Source: Mizuhopecten yessoensis | Lineage: Eukaryota | Assembly (NCBI RefSeq): GCF_002113885.1 | Contig: NW_018479891.1 | Coordinates: 1-64,000, forward strand | DNA length: 64,000 nt | Direction of reading: 5' to 3' | Part shown: positions 1 through 12,530 of the stretch, in pieces | Position numbering within the stretch: position 1 is the stretch's first letter | Layout: every line of letters begins with the position of its first letter | The notes under the pieces: model-generated | Seen by the model: the letters and a program-made list of their open reading frames with translations, nothing else | Told to the model about the DNA's origin: nothing | Databases searched by the model: none | Translations under genes and position numbers: made by a program

Positions 1-3
1 CTG

Positions 4-86
4 AAACAATAGTATCTAACTGTGTTTAAGCTTCAGATATATAGATGACAGAACGGAAACAATAGTATCTAACTGTGTCTAAGCTT
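4..86 (+). repeat. Direct repeat of about 30 bp, two copies (aaacaatagtatctaactgtgtYtaagctt)
   Basis: Copies at 4-33 and 57-86; possibly the tail of an array that starts upstream of the window. Confidence 0.7.
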
Positions 87-901
87 TGGAAAATATGGGA
101 CGGAACTAAACAAGAGAAGTGGATTAAGGGCTGTTATTTTAAGTAGAATGAACATTTCTAAACTCACCATGTTTACCATGTACTTCCACTGATTAAAAAA
201 ATGAATGTCTTTATTGGTAATTGGAAATCAGAAAAACTCAAGGCATTTTTTTTAGAAGAACCTCAAAATAACAAAAAAGTGTTGAATGCAAGCATTTTTC
301 ATCCAATAAATATATAATTAATTCCTAAACAAATTGCATGCATTGCAAGTATCACTGTATGTTTACTGAAACAAGCGTGTTCAGGTAAACAAAACATGAA
401 CTGTAAAGATATTTTTAATCATCAAGGTTAACAGTTAATACCGGTAAACAGGGATACCTCACAATTATCAACATTTATTTTTTCTATATTTTCCGTTTGT
501 TTTTGTTGGTTTTTGTAGTAAGAGGGACCATTTTCACTAATCACCCTGTATTAGCGAAAGGTATATAAGTTCTTGTCTGTAGATCATTTCGAAATGTGTT
601 TTCGGATAAGAGTATAACATAATTCAGCATTGATATTAAAGTGTTATGTAAGATAATTACTGACGTCAAACTCAGATTTACGACGTTTTGGAAATAATCA
701 TAATTATTAGAAATACATTATTCATGCTTAAATGAAGCAATATGTTTTCATTAAAAGGCGATGTAATTTTACAACCAGTTAGAAATTCTTATAAGTAGTC
801 ATTATGCCTTATCAATCAACATGGACCAAGACGGATGCCGCTTTCCCACCAAAACCATCGGATCTATCAGCGTAAAGTACATAATATAATTACCACAGCA
901 G

Positions 902-911
902 TCCCGTGGGA
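902..911. promoter_or_regulatory. Perfect COE/EBF (UNC-3/Collier) consensus TCCCnnGGGA
   Basis: The sequence reads TCCCGTGGGA; function is inferred only. Confidence 0.35.
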
Positions 912-2689
912 TAGAGCCCATAAATATACGAGGAAAATATCATAGAAACCGGCAGTGCCGTCAATGTATGAAAGTCAAATATTAATCCGGTACAATGGTG
1001 CAGTGCCAGGCCGAACGCCAGTAGACATTTGAATCTGATGAATGGACAGGGAAAATAAAAATTAGCTATCGACCCGAGTTATCGCGCTTGGGGAGAGCTC
1101 TCTCGTGTATTGACTTCCAGTAAGAAATTGTACATCATATGTCGTAAAATAATCATATTTCATATTTGACACTTTTGACCTTGCAACTTCTCTCCAGCGG
1201 GATATATCTCTGAACTGTCAATTGTAACGGTGATGAAACACTCACCATGTTACACGCGAGAGGGAAAATTCTAGATGCTGCCAATCTCTCTAATATTAAC
1301 CCGGATGATTGTATGCCAAACAGAGGGAAAAAAAGTACTAGTATGCTCTAGGTAATTGGTGGGTGCAGTTCTCAGTTCCTTGATTTAAGCCTTACAGTTT
1401 ACATCGAAACAGTAATTTGCTGTTAATCTAAATGAACTTTAGGGGTTCATGACCTTCTGATGATACTAAATATAAAAAAAATCTCCTTATCCTCCCCGTA
1501 CATATATATTTTGTAAAACGTTTATTTTTATGGTACTTTCTTGTTTTTCCTCTACTACTGACGACAAGTTATTTTCATAAGCGGAAAGCATTGCTAACGT
1601 AGATAACGGCAGTACATCAATTTCACAATTTTTCCTGTTGTTAATATGAATTTATGGCCTTCGGAATATATGCCTGACAACTTATATATAATATATATAC
1701 AACCATTCTTCAAGCCTTCCCCTGATAAGGACTTGTTATAGTTATTACGCGTTACAAGAAAATACACATACATGTTTGTAAATTGGTGTTTCTCACGGAC
1801 ACATAAACTGTTCATTTATCGATCGACATAAACGTACACAATTTCCTTCGTAGTAACATAATGATGTAAAAATAATAACAATATTTAAATACAGTACAGT
1901 ACCAGTTACATCACAATTGTCAAAATAAGTGGGTTTTTTAATCTGATTTAATTCTAAGTATACTGATAAAATTCTTTGCCGAAATGCTTATTATCTCTGC
2001 CTATGCTTCGTATTACGCTTAAACGATATTAATATCACAAAGTAAATAATTTATTGTATGTTCTGTTATAATTATCTTAATGTGAAAAGGTCTTCGTTTT
2101 ATATAAATATTGCCGTGGCATTAGGCTCAGACAAAACTAGATGTCAACCAATGTCCGTCCTCATTCAGAAATAGAGAAACTTATTTTAACGACAAACTTT
2201 AAAATGGAATTTTGCTAACGCCAGAACCTGCGTCTAAGAGGCGCCCGTATAGTGGAAGAGGTTAGCGGCTTTGTCTGATGTTGTGACGAGGGATTATGGA
2301 TGGAATATGTTGTATTACGGTGTGATAACGACTGTCGAGGTTATGTAAACACTCTTCATGAAGTCTCTTAAGAATAACGCCATTGCTGCCAAGACCCCAC
2401 TCTTCCCGTCTGCCCGGAAGACCTGCATTTACCTCATAGAGTGGGCCATCGATATCGATGAAATTAATGGTGTTTTTGCATGTACAAACACCACAAAGCG
2501 AAGGCCACCAGTGAAATATAATAAAGTATAATTCACTTATTTTGAATTCTTTGCGAATCGTGTGCAAATATTGAGGGATAAGTGGAGTTGTGTTGGCTGA
2601 GATTTGCCGTGACACGCCATTTGAGAAGGTTGGCGGCTCCTCTGTTACTGCTGCTTACCGATATCGATTGCCTCGCTTAACTTGTAATA

Positions 2690-2936
2690 GGCAGGGGAGA
2701 GGGTTCATTGATGTCAAAACAGGTGTTAATTAATCACGTTATCCGTCCAATCAGCGTACCAAGGGGCGCTTTAACATAGTTTGCCTGTTTGTACATAGCG
2801 CCGTGGCTTTCACACTGAAGAATCTCCTGCAACCAGGGTGTGAACCCGCCATTGTTTACACTGGATCTCGAAAGTGGAATACACAGTTTTCTCTTTGTAT
2901 CAATATATGTAGACAGAGACGTATCGACAGGTAATT
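2690..2936 (+). promoter_or_regulatory. Candidate ChAT promoter and non-coding first exon
   Basis: GC-elevated unique sequence with CCAATCAG (NF-Y-type box) at 2747 and a good donor CAG|GTAATT at 2930/2931. No transcript evidence. Confidence 0.35.
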
Positions 2937-4339
2937 AACGAAGTTTGTGTACAATACATTTTCTGTCTTGATTCCAATAGAAGACCATGTCACGTTCTGC
3001 TATTTGATATCATGCACCAGACGCTAAGGGTCACGTCAACAATTAATCAAAATGTCACAATTTTACGTAAGACCAGCGTTTCAAATAAATGCATCTAGAC
3101 TTAGTCATATTTTCAACTGCAAAAAACCCCACACAATCCCACTGCGTGATTGTATGCAACAATTTTCCTTTACTGAAATAAGTGGGTTCGTCTTTGCCGT
3201 GTGCTCTGTAGACATGAAATGACCAACATGTATCTACTGTCGCTACTTCTACACTTTGAATATCAACGTTTCCTTTCTCTATTTCTCTTTATTTCTCTTT
3301 CTCTTTTGCTTTCCTTCCATTGTGCTTACACTGAAAGTATATAGTCATATGTTCCAAGAATAACGATTTTTTTTACACAGATGAAGTAATTATTAAACCC
3401 CTGGCATCAATCTAAGAACAAACATTTTACAAACTACCAGCAATATGACTTGATCTGTCTAGTTTGGGGTTAATGCCCGTTTTAACTGTTTTATTGCTAA
3501 GCACATATACAGTAAAGTGCAACTGCACAGACGTTTGTGGGATATTGAATCACGTCACCCAATATGCACTGTTTTCTAAGATAAGTGAAATTTTCGATAG
3601 CCGATTGTTGTCGATGACTTTCGTTTATAAACGACGATATGTACTAATAGCATCACGGCTGACGTAGCAGATTCATGCTAGCCACTAACGCGTATATCGC
3701 TAATTGAAGGCGTCTGGGTTAGCGAAGCGTTACAGTAAGCAGCCGACTACTACATAAAAACCGTACAACGCCCCAGGTTTAGCGTCCTTTGGAGAACTTC
3801 GTGACGTTGGTAGTCGCTTCATTAAATCTTTTACCATATGTAGCCCTCATTAGACGGTCGCACTTGTCGTAATTATAAACGGCGTTTCTACCATTATGAG
3901 AAGGCATACACTTTCTGATTAGTACAGTAGCTTCATTTTTGTTGCATGTTCTGGATGGAATTAGGGTGAAATACACCGATTATACTTTATATTAAGGATA
4001 TTATTTATGCTAATTGTACCGCATCACGATAGTGGCCTTCGCATATTATTGTATGTCAATATCTGGAATACCATTTGCGAGATCTTGAGATCACAATAAA
4101 GAGACGATAAAGCTGCTGAGGAAATGGAAAATCCAACATGGTACAATTGTTCTTGATACAATTAAACATAATCGTTATATCATGTTAGTAATAGCCTAGG
4201 TATTGAATACAACGTTGAGATAATTGCCTCATACTTTAATTACTATGCTTCACCTTTCCGAATGTACTATGGACGAGAAATCTGTGTAAGTTTCATTTTA
4301 ACCCCCGAAGAGGTGAAAGAAGAGGTGATAAGATTTCAT

Positions 4340-6030
4340 TGGAATAAGGTAGTTGGTAGTACGATGTCATTTGATCAGCCATTTGGAAGTACGATGTAAT
4401 TGGACGGGCTAGTTGGTGGTGGGATGTCAATGGGTGAGCTAGTTGATGGTGCTATGTCATTGGATGAGCTAGTTGATGGTGCAATGTCATTGGATGAGCT
4501 AGTTGATGGTGCTATGTCATTGGATGAGCTAGTTTATGATGCTTTGTCATTTGATGAGCTAGTTGGTGGTAGGATGTCATTGGATGAGCTAGTTGGAGGT
4601 AGGATGTCATTGGATGAGCTAGGTGATGGTGCTATGTCATTGGATGAGCTAGTTGATGGTGCTATGTCATTGGATGAGCTAGTTNGATGTCATTGGATGA
4701 GCTAGTTGGTGGTAGGCTATTATTGGTTGAGCTAGTTGGTGGTAGGATGTCATTGGATGAGCTAGTTGGTGGTAGGATGGATGTCATTAGATGAGCTAGT
4801 TGGGTGAAGGATGTCATTGGATGAACTAACTGATAGAAGGATATGTCATTGGATGAGCTAGTTGATGGTGCTATGTCATTGGATGAGCTAGTTAGTTGTA
4901 GGATATCATTTGATGAGCTAGTTGGTGGTATGATGTCATTGGATGAGCTAGTTGGGGGTAGGATGGATGTCATTAGATGAGCTAGTTGGGTGAAGGATGT
5001 CATTGGATGAACTAACTGATAGAAGGATATGTCATTGGATTAGCTAGTTGGTGGTAGGATGGATGTCATTAGATTAGCTAGTTGTGTGAAGGATGTCATT
5101 GGATGAACTAACTGATAGAAGGATATGTCATTGGATTAGCTAGTTGGTGGTAGGATATGTAATTGGATGAGCTAGTTGGTATCAGGATGTCATTGGATGA
5201 GCTTGTTGGTGGTAGTCTATTATTGGTTGAGCTAGTTGGTGGTAGGGTATGTCATTGGATGAGCTAGGTGATGGTGCTATGTCATTGGATCAGCTAGTTG
5301 GTGGGAGGATATGTCATTGGATGAGGTAGTTGGTGGTAGGATATGTAATTGGATGAGCTAGTTGGTCGCAGGATGTCATTGGATGAGCTTGTTGGTGGTA
5401 GTCTATTATTGGTTGAGCTAGTTGGTGGTAGGGTGGATGTCATTAGATGAGCTAGTTGGTAGCAGGATGTCATTGGATGAGCTTGTTGGTGGTAGTCTAT
5501 TATTGGTTGAGCTAGTTGGTGGTAGGGTGGATGTCATTAGATGAGCTAGTTGGTAGCAGGATGTCATTGGATGAGCTAGTTGGTGGTAGGATGTCATTGG
5601 ATGAGCTAGTTGATGGTGCTATGTCATTGGATCAGCTAGTTGGTGGTAGGATGTCATTGGATGAGCTAGTTGATGATGCTATATCAATGAATGAGCTAAT
5701 TGTAGGATGTCATTAGATGAGCTAGTTGGTAGCAGGATGTCATTGGATGAGCTAGTTGGTGGAAGGATGTCATTGAATGAGCTAGTTGGTGGTAGGATAT
5801 GTTATTGGATGAGCTAGTTGGTGGTAGGATGTCATTGAATGAGCTAGTTGGGGGTAGGATATGTCATTGGATGAGCTAGTTGGAGGTAGGATGTCATTGG
5901 ATGAGCTAGGTGATGGTGCTATGTCATTGGATGAGCTAGTTGGTGGTAGGATATGTCATTGGATGAGCTAGTTGGTGGTATGATGTCATTGGATGAGCTA
6001 GTTGGTGGTAGGATGTCATTGGATGGAGTA
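4340..6030 (+). repeat. 30-bp minisatellite (atgtcattggatgagctagttggtggtagg), about 50-55 copies
   Basis: Directly visible, with +2/+4 bp variants. Single N at 4685. Confidence 0.95.
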
Positions 6031-7018
6031 GTTAGAGCAAACAATTTTATCATATGCAAAAAAGTTGGGTTTCGCTGAATCCTTGAGTCAGCTCATGGGT
6101 TGGCACAAAGTCAACATTCTTCAGATTCAAATGTATGCTATTAATTCAAAGGTATCCTATGTCTGATTAAATAAGTAATATTAATGTCAATCGGTGTTTC
6201 ACCCCTTGGACGCCTCAATATTTCTCCTGTTCGGGACCTCGATAGCTTAAGTCTGGTTTAGCCTATCAAGTTTCTCCCTTAAGTGGTACCCTCGAACAGA
6301 GTAAAGCGTTTATAATGTAAATTCATTGATCAATTGCATGTTGACTGAAGAAATGAAATCCAAAGTGATTGGGGAGTGTTTTGCAAGTGGCCTTTATCTT
6401 GGGGTAATGACGACACTCGACTAAACACACTCAATCACGGAGACACACACACCAGCATACCTTTCCAACTAGCCAGAGGTTTAAAGCTAATAATTAACTG
6501 CAAAATATTATAGGAAATAAAAATGGTACTTTTGAATCGATTCTTGCAGAGAAAGCAAGAAACTAAACAAAAACAGATGAAATACATTTTAGATTAAAGG
6601 TTTAGACAAGTTGTTTTAAGCGTTCGTTCTATAATTTCTTAGAAACGCTTTGAATGGGTATTTAATCTTTTCTGTTACGACTTTAAATATGAAAAAGGAG
6701 CTAAAAAGGACAAACTTACATACAAAATAAAATTTGTCGACTTGATAACAATTCAGATGTATTTTGTTTGGTTGATTCACAAACAATACTTTCTGTCTGG
6801 TTAATGCTACTTGCATTGATTACATTGGATACATTTTACTTTTCCCGGGCAGTTTGCTCTCTATAGGCGTTGACCAGTTTGGACGTTTTTCTCGTCATCC
6901 AATTCGACAATGAAAGTTTATTTTTTAACTGTTGGGTCACTCTGTTGAGACCAGTGAACAGTAAAAACAGCATTTTAACGTTTTAATTTGTGATTAATGC
7001 TATGCCGAGGGTCCCACA

Positions 7019-7435
7019 ATGACATCCATTGGATCTATAAAAAGAGATTTTTTACACTCAGATGAAATGGATTCTCAACCCCAATGTACTGATATTTTTA
7101 AATACAATGGTGATCGAAAATTTAATATTACCTATGTCAACTTAGAAACTGTGCCAAGTAACCTGAATTCAGATCTATTTGAATCTCACCTAATTGATAC
7201 TCCTGCCTGCTTATGTAGTTCTCCTGTTGAGGACTGTGATCACTTCTTCTTCCATTGTACTCTGTATACTAATCAAAGGCAAATTCTCATGAACTCCATT
7301 TCTGCTTTTAATGACATTATTCCATTAAATACCCAGACTTTTCTTTATGGATGTCAAAGACTTGATATCAATATGAACATAAGTATCTTGGAGATGGTTA
7401 AGAGATTCGTTAAAGATACAAGACGCTTTAACTAG
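7019..7435 (+). mobile_element. 3' end fragment of a CR1/L2-group LINE ORF2
   Basis: LNSDLF...CLC....EDCDHFFFHC..Y...FLYG...RFVKDTRRF resembles the C-terminal Cys/His region of invertebrate CR1-type elements; 5'-truncated. Confidence 0.7.
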
Positions 7436-7621
7436 ATTACACTTACTTGTTTATCTCATGACTTTGCTGTGTGGAATGATACCAGTACATACTTTTACTA
7501 TGTGCTCTGTCCACCAGCATCATTTTAATTGCCATTTTTTTGTAAAATCTAGTTTTTGTACAACAATTATCAAAAAATTAATAATGACATGCAAATATCA
7601 ATATTCATGTACATAATATAN

Positions 7622-8788
7622 TCAAGCTGGTATGGGCCAAGCCGTTGTCTCTACACGTTTTCATGTCCATCGAAACACAATCCGGGATTTGTGGAGACGA
7701 CATCAACAGTTTGGCCACGTCGGCGATCGACCTCGTGCGGGACGTCCACGTGTGACGTCACGTCAACAGGACAACCATATTCGGCTTGTCCATTTGAGAA
7801 ATCGCTTCCAAACGGCAAGTTTGACTGCACGAACAATCCCTAGGTTGCTACCAATAAGCCCGAGAACTGCACGGAACCGATTGCCTGAACGAGCTATCCG
7901 TCCGCCACGTCCTGCAATCCGCCCAGTTCTTCTGCCACGTCATCGTGTAGCACGTCTGGACTGGTGCAGAAGGCATCTGCGATTTACTCGACGGGATTGG
8001 ACAGGCATTTTGTTTACGGACGAGTCGCGAGTCCACCTGGATAGTAGTGACGGCCGTTCCAGAGTGTATAGTCGCGTTGGAGAACGTTTTCGTGACGCGT
8101 GTGTGGTACAACGACGTTCTTTCGGCGGAGGCAGCGTTATGATTTGGGACGGCATCACAGCCAACAGGAGAACGCCTCTAGTGGTTGTTAACGGGGATTT
8201 GAACGCGTTACGTTACCGTGACGAGATCCTCCGGACCCACGTCGTTCCATTCATGCAAGGGTAGCAACGTCACATTACGCTACAGCAGGACAACGCCATG
8301 CCACACACAGCTCGTGTCGCTGTTGACTTTCTGGCCCAGCAGAACGTTGATGTGTTGCCCTGGCCTGCTGTATCCCTCGATCTGTCGCCCATTGAACACG
8401 TCTGGGATGAAATAAAGCGCAGATTACGGGCATTACCTAATCAACCGGTGACGTTGGCTGATTTGGCTGCAGCGTTGGTACAGATCTGGAATGCCATCCA
8501 ACAAGCATTCTTGAACCGTCTGATAGGCTCCATGCGTCGACGTTGCCATGCTTGCATTCAGGCAAACGGTGGGCATACGAGATATTAACTTTGTGAACTC
8601 AGTACTGACCCCTGTTGTGTTTACGTCACTCCTGAGCGGAACTTATTGATTCCATCATGTGTAAAATGAAATAAAACTGTTAATAAATAACAAATAAATT
8701 GTCCCTGAAAACCTTGTTGTTCTACGTCATACACATTTAATTTTATAACACATTTTAGGCATGCACAGTTTCTTTTTTCCGCTAGTAT
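7622..8788 (+). mobile_element. Tc1/mariner (DD34E) transposon; transposase interrupted by one in-frame stop; left end missing at an assembly N
   Basis: ORFs 7632..8264 and 8298..8588 share one frame and are separated by TAG at 8262. HTH region DRPRAGRPRVT; catalytic FTDES, QQDNA and LSPIEHVW with 34 residues between the second D and E; GGHTRY terminus; right end ...tttccgctagta followed by TA. Confidence 0.93.
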
Positions 8789-11700
8789 ATTTAGAGTTAA
8801 ATGGTTTTCACCATAGCATCAGTGATTAAAATATGCATCGATCGCGATATGCCTTACTGTTGAAGTAACGTCATTACAATTGTTGACGTCCTCGCGTTGC
8901 CAATGGTTAGCTACGAAAAACCACGTGCAAACAGGTGTCAAACTTCAGTATAAATGGGGGAAAAAATTCTAATGCACTTCTCGGTTGTGATTAATCGGTG
9001 TTCATCAACCAAATAGGGCTATAAAATATCACTGAAATTAAAAACGCATAATGCTAGGATTGCAATTCGGCAAAGTTCATTACATAATATACAGTAACAC
9101 CTATGAAGGAGAAGAAAGCCCAGAAAAGACAAGATTTAGTAAAAGATCACATGCAAAAAGGCACCAAGTATATTCATTCTCGGGTTTTTTCGGGGAGAAA
9201 ATAAGAACGATTGAGATTTAACTGAACAAGTCAATTTAATCCTTTTCGAGCGAAAAGACGAAACAAAGTTACTGAATCTCATCTTTTTCAAGGCGCAAAT
9301 ACGAAATAACGAAATGGTATTAATCAGCTACCGAACACATTCGATACTTACATGCGTATTGTATGTTTTGTAATTATAAAATTATACTTTATACAACAAA
9401 CATATGCTGTAACGACAATTGGGCTAGTGGTTATAGACAACATACAATGGTGATATAGGTAGACGATAATCAATCGATGTCTGATCAGGATCTGGAACAA
9501 GTTCACAACGGAGAAATTCTTGTATGGAAGCAACTATGGAAGTTGTATTGATGACCTGTCAGAGAAAAAGAGGGTAATCTAGCCACACCTTGTTATATGG
9601 ATATCGTAATTGGACAAAAAGACACGGTGAGAATGCAGGCAATTGTACGATAACTGCCGACCAGGTCGATGTTACAGTTCGATTGAGTCTGAGACATGTC
9701 CAGGTGCTCCCATTTATTCAGTGGATTTGATATTTGATATTGGCGGTATATCGATGGCATTATGCCGTAATGCCGGTCTATACATATTTACTAATCACCC
9801 AATTTAGGACACATTCATACGCGTCCACCCTAATTGCCACAGGTCTGCGCTCATTAGGTCTTTCTAAACTCCAGTTTATATCGATTCCGCCTTCCGGAAC
9901 TTCACCAGCCTAACCTGCATTAAGACAACCAAGTGATGTGAAATATTGGTACTGCCTGGCATAAAGTCGACTTTATCTCATCATTCAGTTTATTCGAAAA
10001 CGCTCACTTCACACACGCAAACAAAACTATAAAAAAATAATAAATAAAATCATAACACCAACAGACCATTAACATAAAGCCAACGTGTATGTACATCCGC
10101 GTAAACACTTGTTTACACTATCCCATTCGGCTACGCATTAATGAAACAGAACGGAAATATCAGAAACACGCCAGATGTGTGTGAAAGGTTGATAAACTGT
10201 TTGGTGATGGGAGACCACTATACAAGACATAGTTTTAATTGTACATAAACAGAAAAAGAGAGATTTTTGAATGAGATAAAATAATGCATTTGTTGATAAA
10301 ATACTAATTTTGTTCACGACACTACTTGATGAGCTGGTGTTTTTTTATCACTTTTCCTTTAATTGAATTGCTTACGATTATCCTCACTGTGCATACTCTC
10401 GGTCATTGAGAATGACGTCACATACGGATGTGTCCTCTGATTTATATCAAACATATTATAATTATGTCATAATATTTAAATTTAACAAGTTCAGTGTATA
10501 TAGTGTATACATCTTTTTGGTACATGTAATGTGAATTTCACGTACTGAAGCGAAATCACTGATTGGGACAACAAACGGCACCGGAGAATGTCGAAATGAT
10601 CGTAACTCCACAACTGACAAGGACCGGTGCCGTGAGTACAACATAACCTTATAATATTGAATCCATATAGTTGGTTATTCAAAGTAAGATGCGTGTTTAC
10701 TGCTGCACGATGACATGTCTCTCTTACTTAACGCACACCCCAGACCTCAGCAAAACTGGTTTATCAGTAGTGATAGGGTGAGGTTTTTGGCCTCAATCTT
10801 GATATTGTAATTGGGATTGCAATATTTGAAGGAATGTTGCGATAAACTTACTTATATGCCTATATAATACTTGAAAAGAACACTATGTAATGAAGACGTT
10901 ATGTTTGCAAAATGTGAACAATAAATTTAAAATAACATACTGTAATATCATACGGATAGACAGAATGTCTGTATGGATAGGTCCTCTATGTAAAACTTCC
11001 CCCTTTTGATATTCCAATCAAGTAATAATGTCTTATGATCGTGAACAAGCAATTAAGAACATAGCTACCCATATATCTGTTCAAACTTAGAGTATCTAGA
11101 TCAATATGGACAATCAAGCTTCAGTTATTAAGAAGAAATGGCGTTGAGCAAGAACAAACTTGCCTTATATTTTAGTAAAAAATAAACAATTCCTTCCTCA
11201 AAAACTTATTCTAAAAGAATTTTGAAGATAATGATGACATGCCCCATTCATAGTTTAGTAATTATTATTTTTGATGTTATGAAAGTATTATGTCGTTCAT
11301 GGACAATGTAACAGGCTGTAAGTTGTATAAGACGTAAGAAATTGTAAACGTAATATAATATATACAAACTTGAATATTTGCACATTAATATGGAAATTGA
11401 CACTTCTCTATATAAACAAGAACGCGAAACATACCATCCGGACTCTGGCGTTACACGAGGGGAGACATCCTTCAATGTCAAAATTAGTTTGATCCCTTTT
11501 TTAGATAATAATGTTGCAATTATAATATAAATTTCAACCGAATTTATGATAGAGTACAGCTGAATTTATTAACACAGTTGATTAAAACAGAAAATACACT
11601 TTTTAAAACGTTCATCATTCTAAACTATCTTTCAAAAGTAAGGCACGCTATCAAATCCAAAGCTCTTTCGTCATCTTACGATAAAAAAATAAATAAGCAA

Positions 11701-12384
11701 AGTGACCAGAAATGCTATGAATTAACTGGCAATTCAAAAGTTGTACATAAAAAACTATTTTGATCTACATCATAATAAATATAATCCCGAGTACATCACC
11801 GTAAATAAATGTTACCGTTAGCATACCTGTGGTAGAGTTGTCTTTCTACAACGCTGATTTTTTTTTTATATAAACTATATATATATATATCAAGTTAAGT
11901 AAAAGTATATACTATTTCAAATGGACGCATCAGTAAGCTTATTTTCAAAGAAGGATTTTTTTGTTCAAATTTCGTCAAAGGATCTTTTGAATTTGTGTAA
12001 AACAAAATAAACACATAATTCCACTTCTGGAGTAAACAGTGTCAAAATACGTCTGTAGTCATGGCTTAATGGCACGAAGAATGGTAGTAAGGAGGTAAGA
12101 TAATTGATTGTACAATGTTTTGTCATGTTCTTATGAAGTGTCCGAGTCCAATGAACAATGAAATATGTATCCTTATCATTAATCGGTTTTCGGAGAGATT
12201 AGTATACATAAGCATGTATTAGCTAATCTTTCGTCTTCGAAAACAAATTAAAAAGTGTACTTAGATATTCCTTGGTTATTAAGCAAATCTGTATTTTGGA
12301 AATTGGGTCAAGAAATTAAGACTTTCATCTATTATTGTTTTTGTGTTTTTTTGTGTGGTTTTTTTTTTTGGCACTTAAGGCTGC

Positions 12385-12530
12385 TTATCCTTTTTAGTAT
12401 GCATAACCTGATAGATCGAATCCACTCTGAAAGTGAAGCCAATCCAGCAAGCTCTCCTTTTGCCCGTTGTCTGGCAAAGTCTTTCGAAGAATCTTTCACT
12501 ATCTTGCAATTCCCATTCTATTCCATTTAA
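12385..12530 (-). mobile_element. Degenerate fragment resembling a mollusc Penelope-like retroelement ORF
   Basis: Minus-strand translation DSSKDFARQRAKGELAGLASLSEWIRSIRLCILKRI resembles the D.ARQWAK.E....LSEWV.S.R segment I recall from such elements; recalled, not searched. Confidence 0.4.

Noticed and set aside
4400-5716. ORFs with MSLDELVGGR repeats
   Set aside because: They are translations of a 30-bp minisatellite that is frequently frameshifted by +2/+4 variants.
8262-8264. Programmed stop-codon readthrough in the transposase
   Set aside because: A simple CAG-to-TAG inactivating mutation is more parsimonious, and other substitutions (SLD for SPD) also indicate decay.
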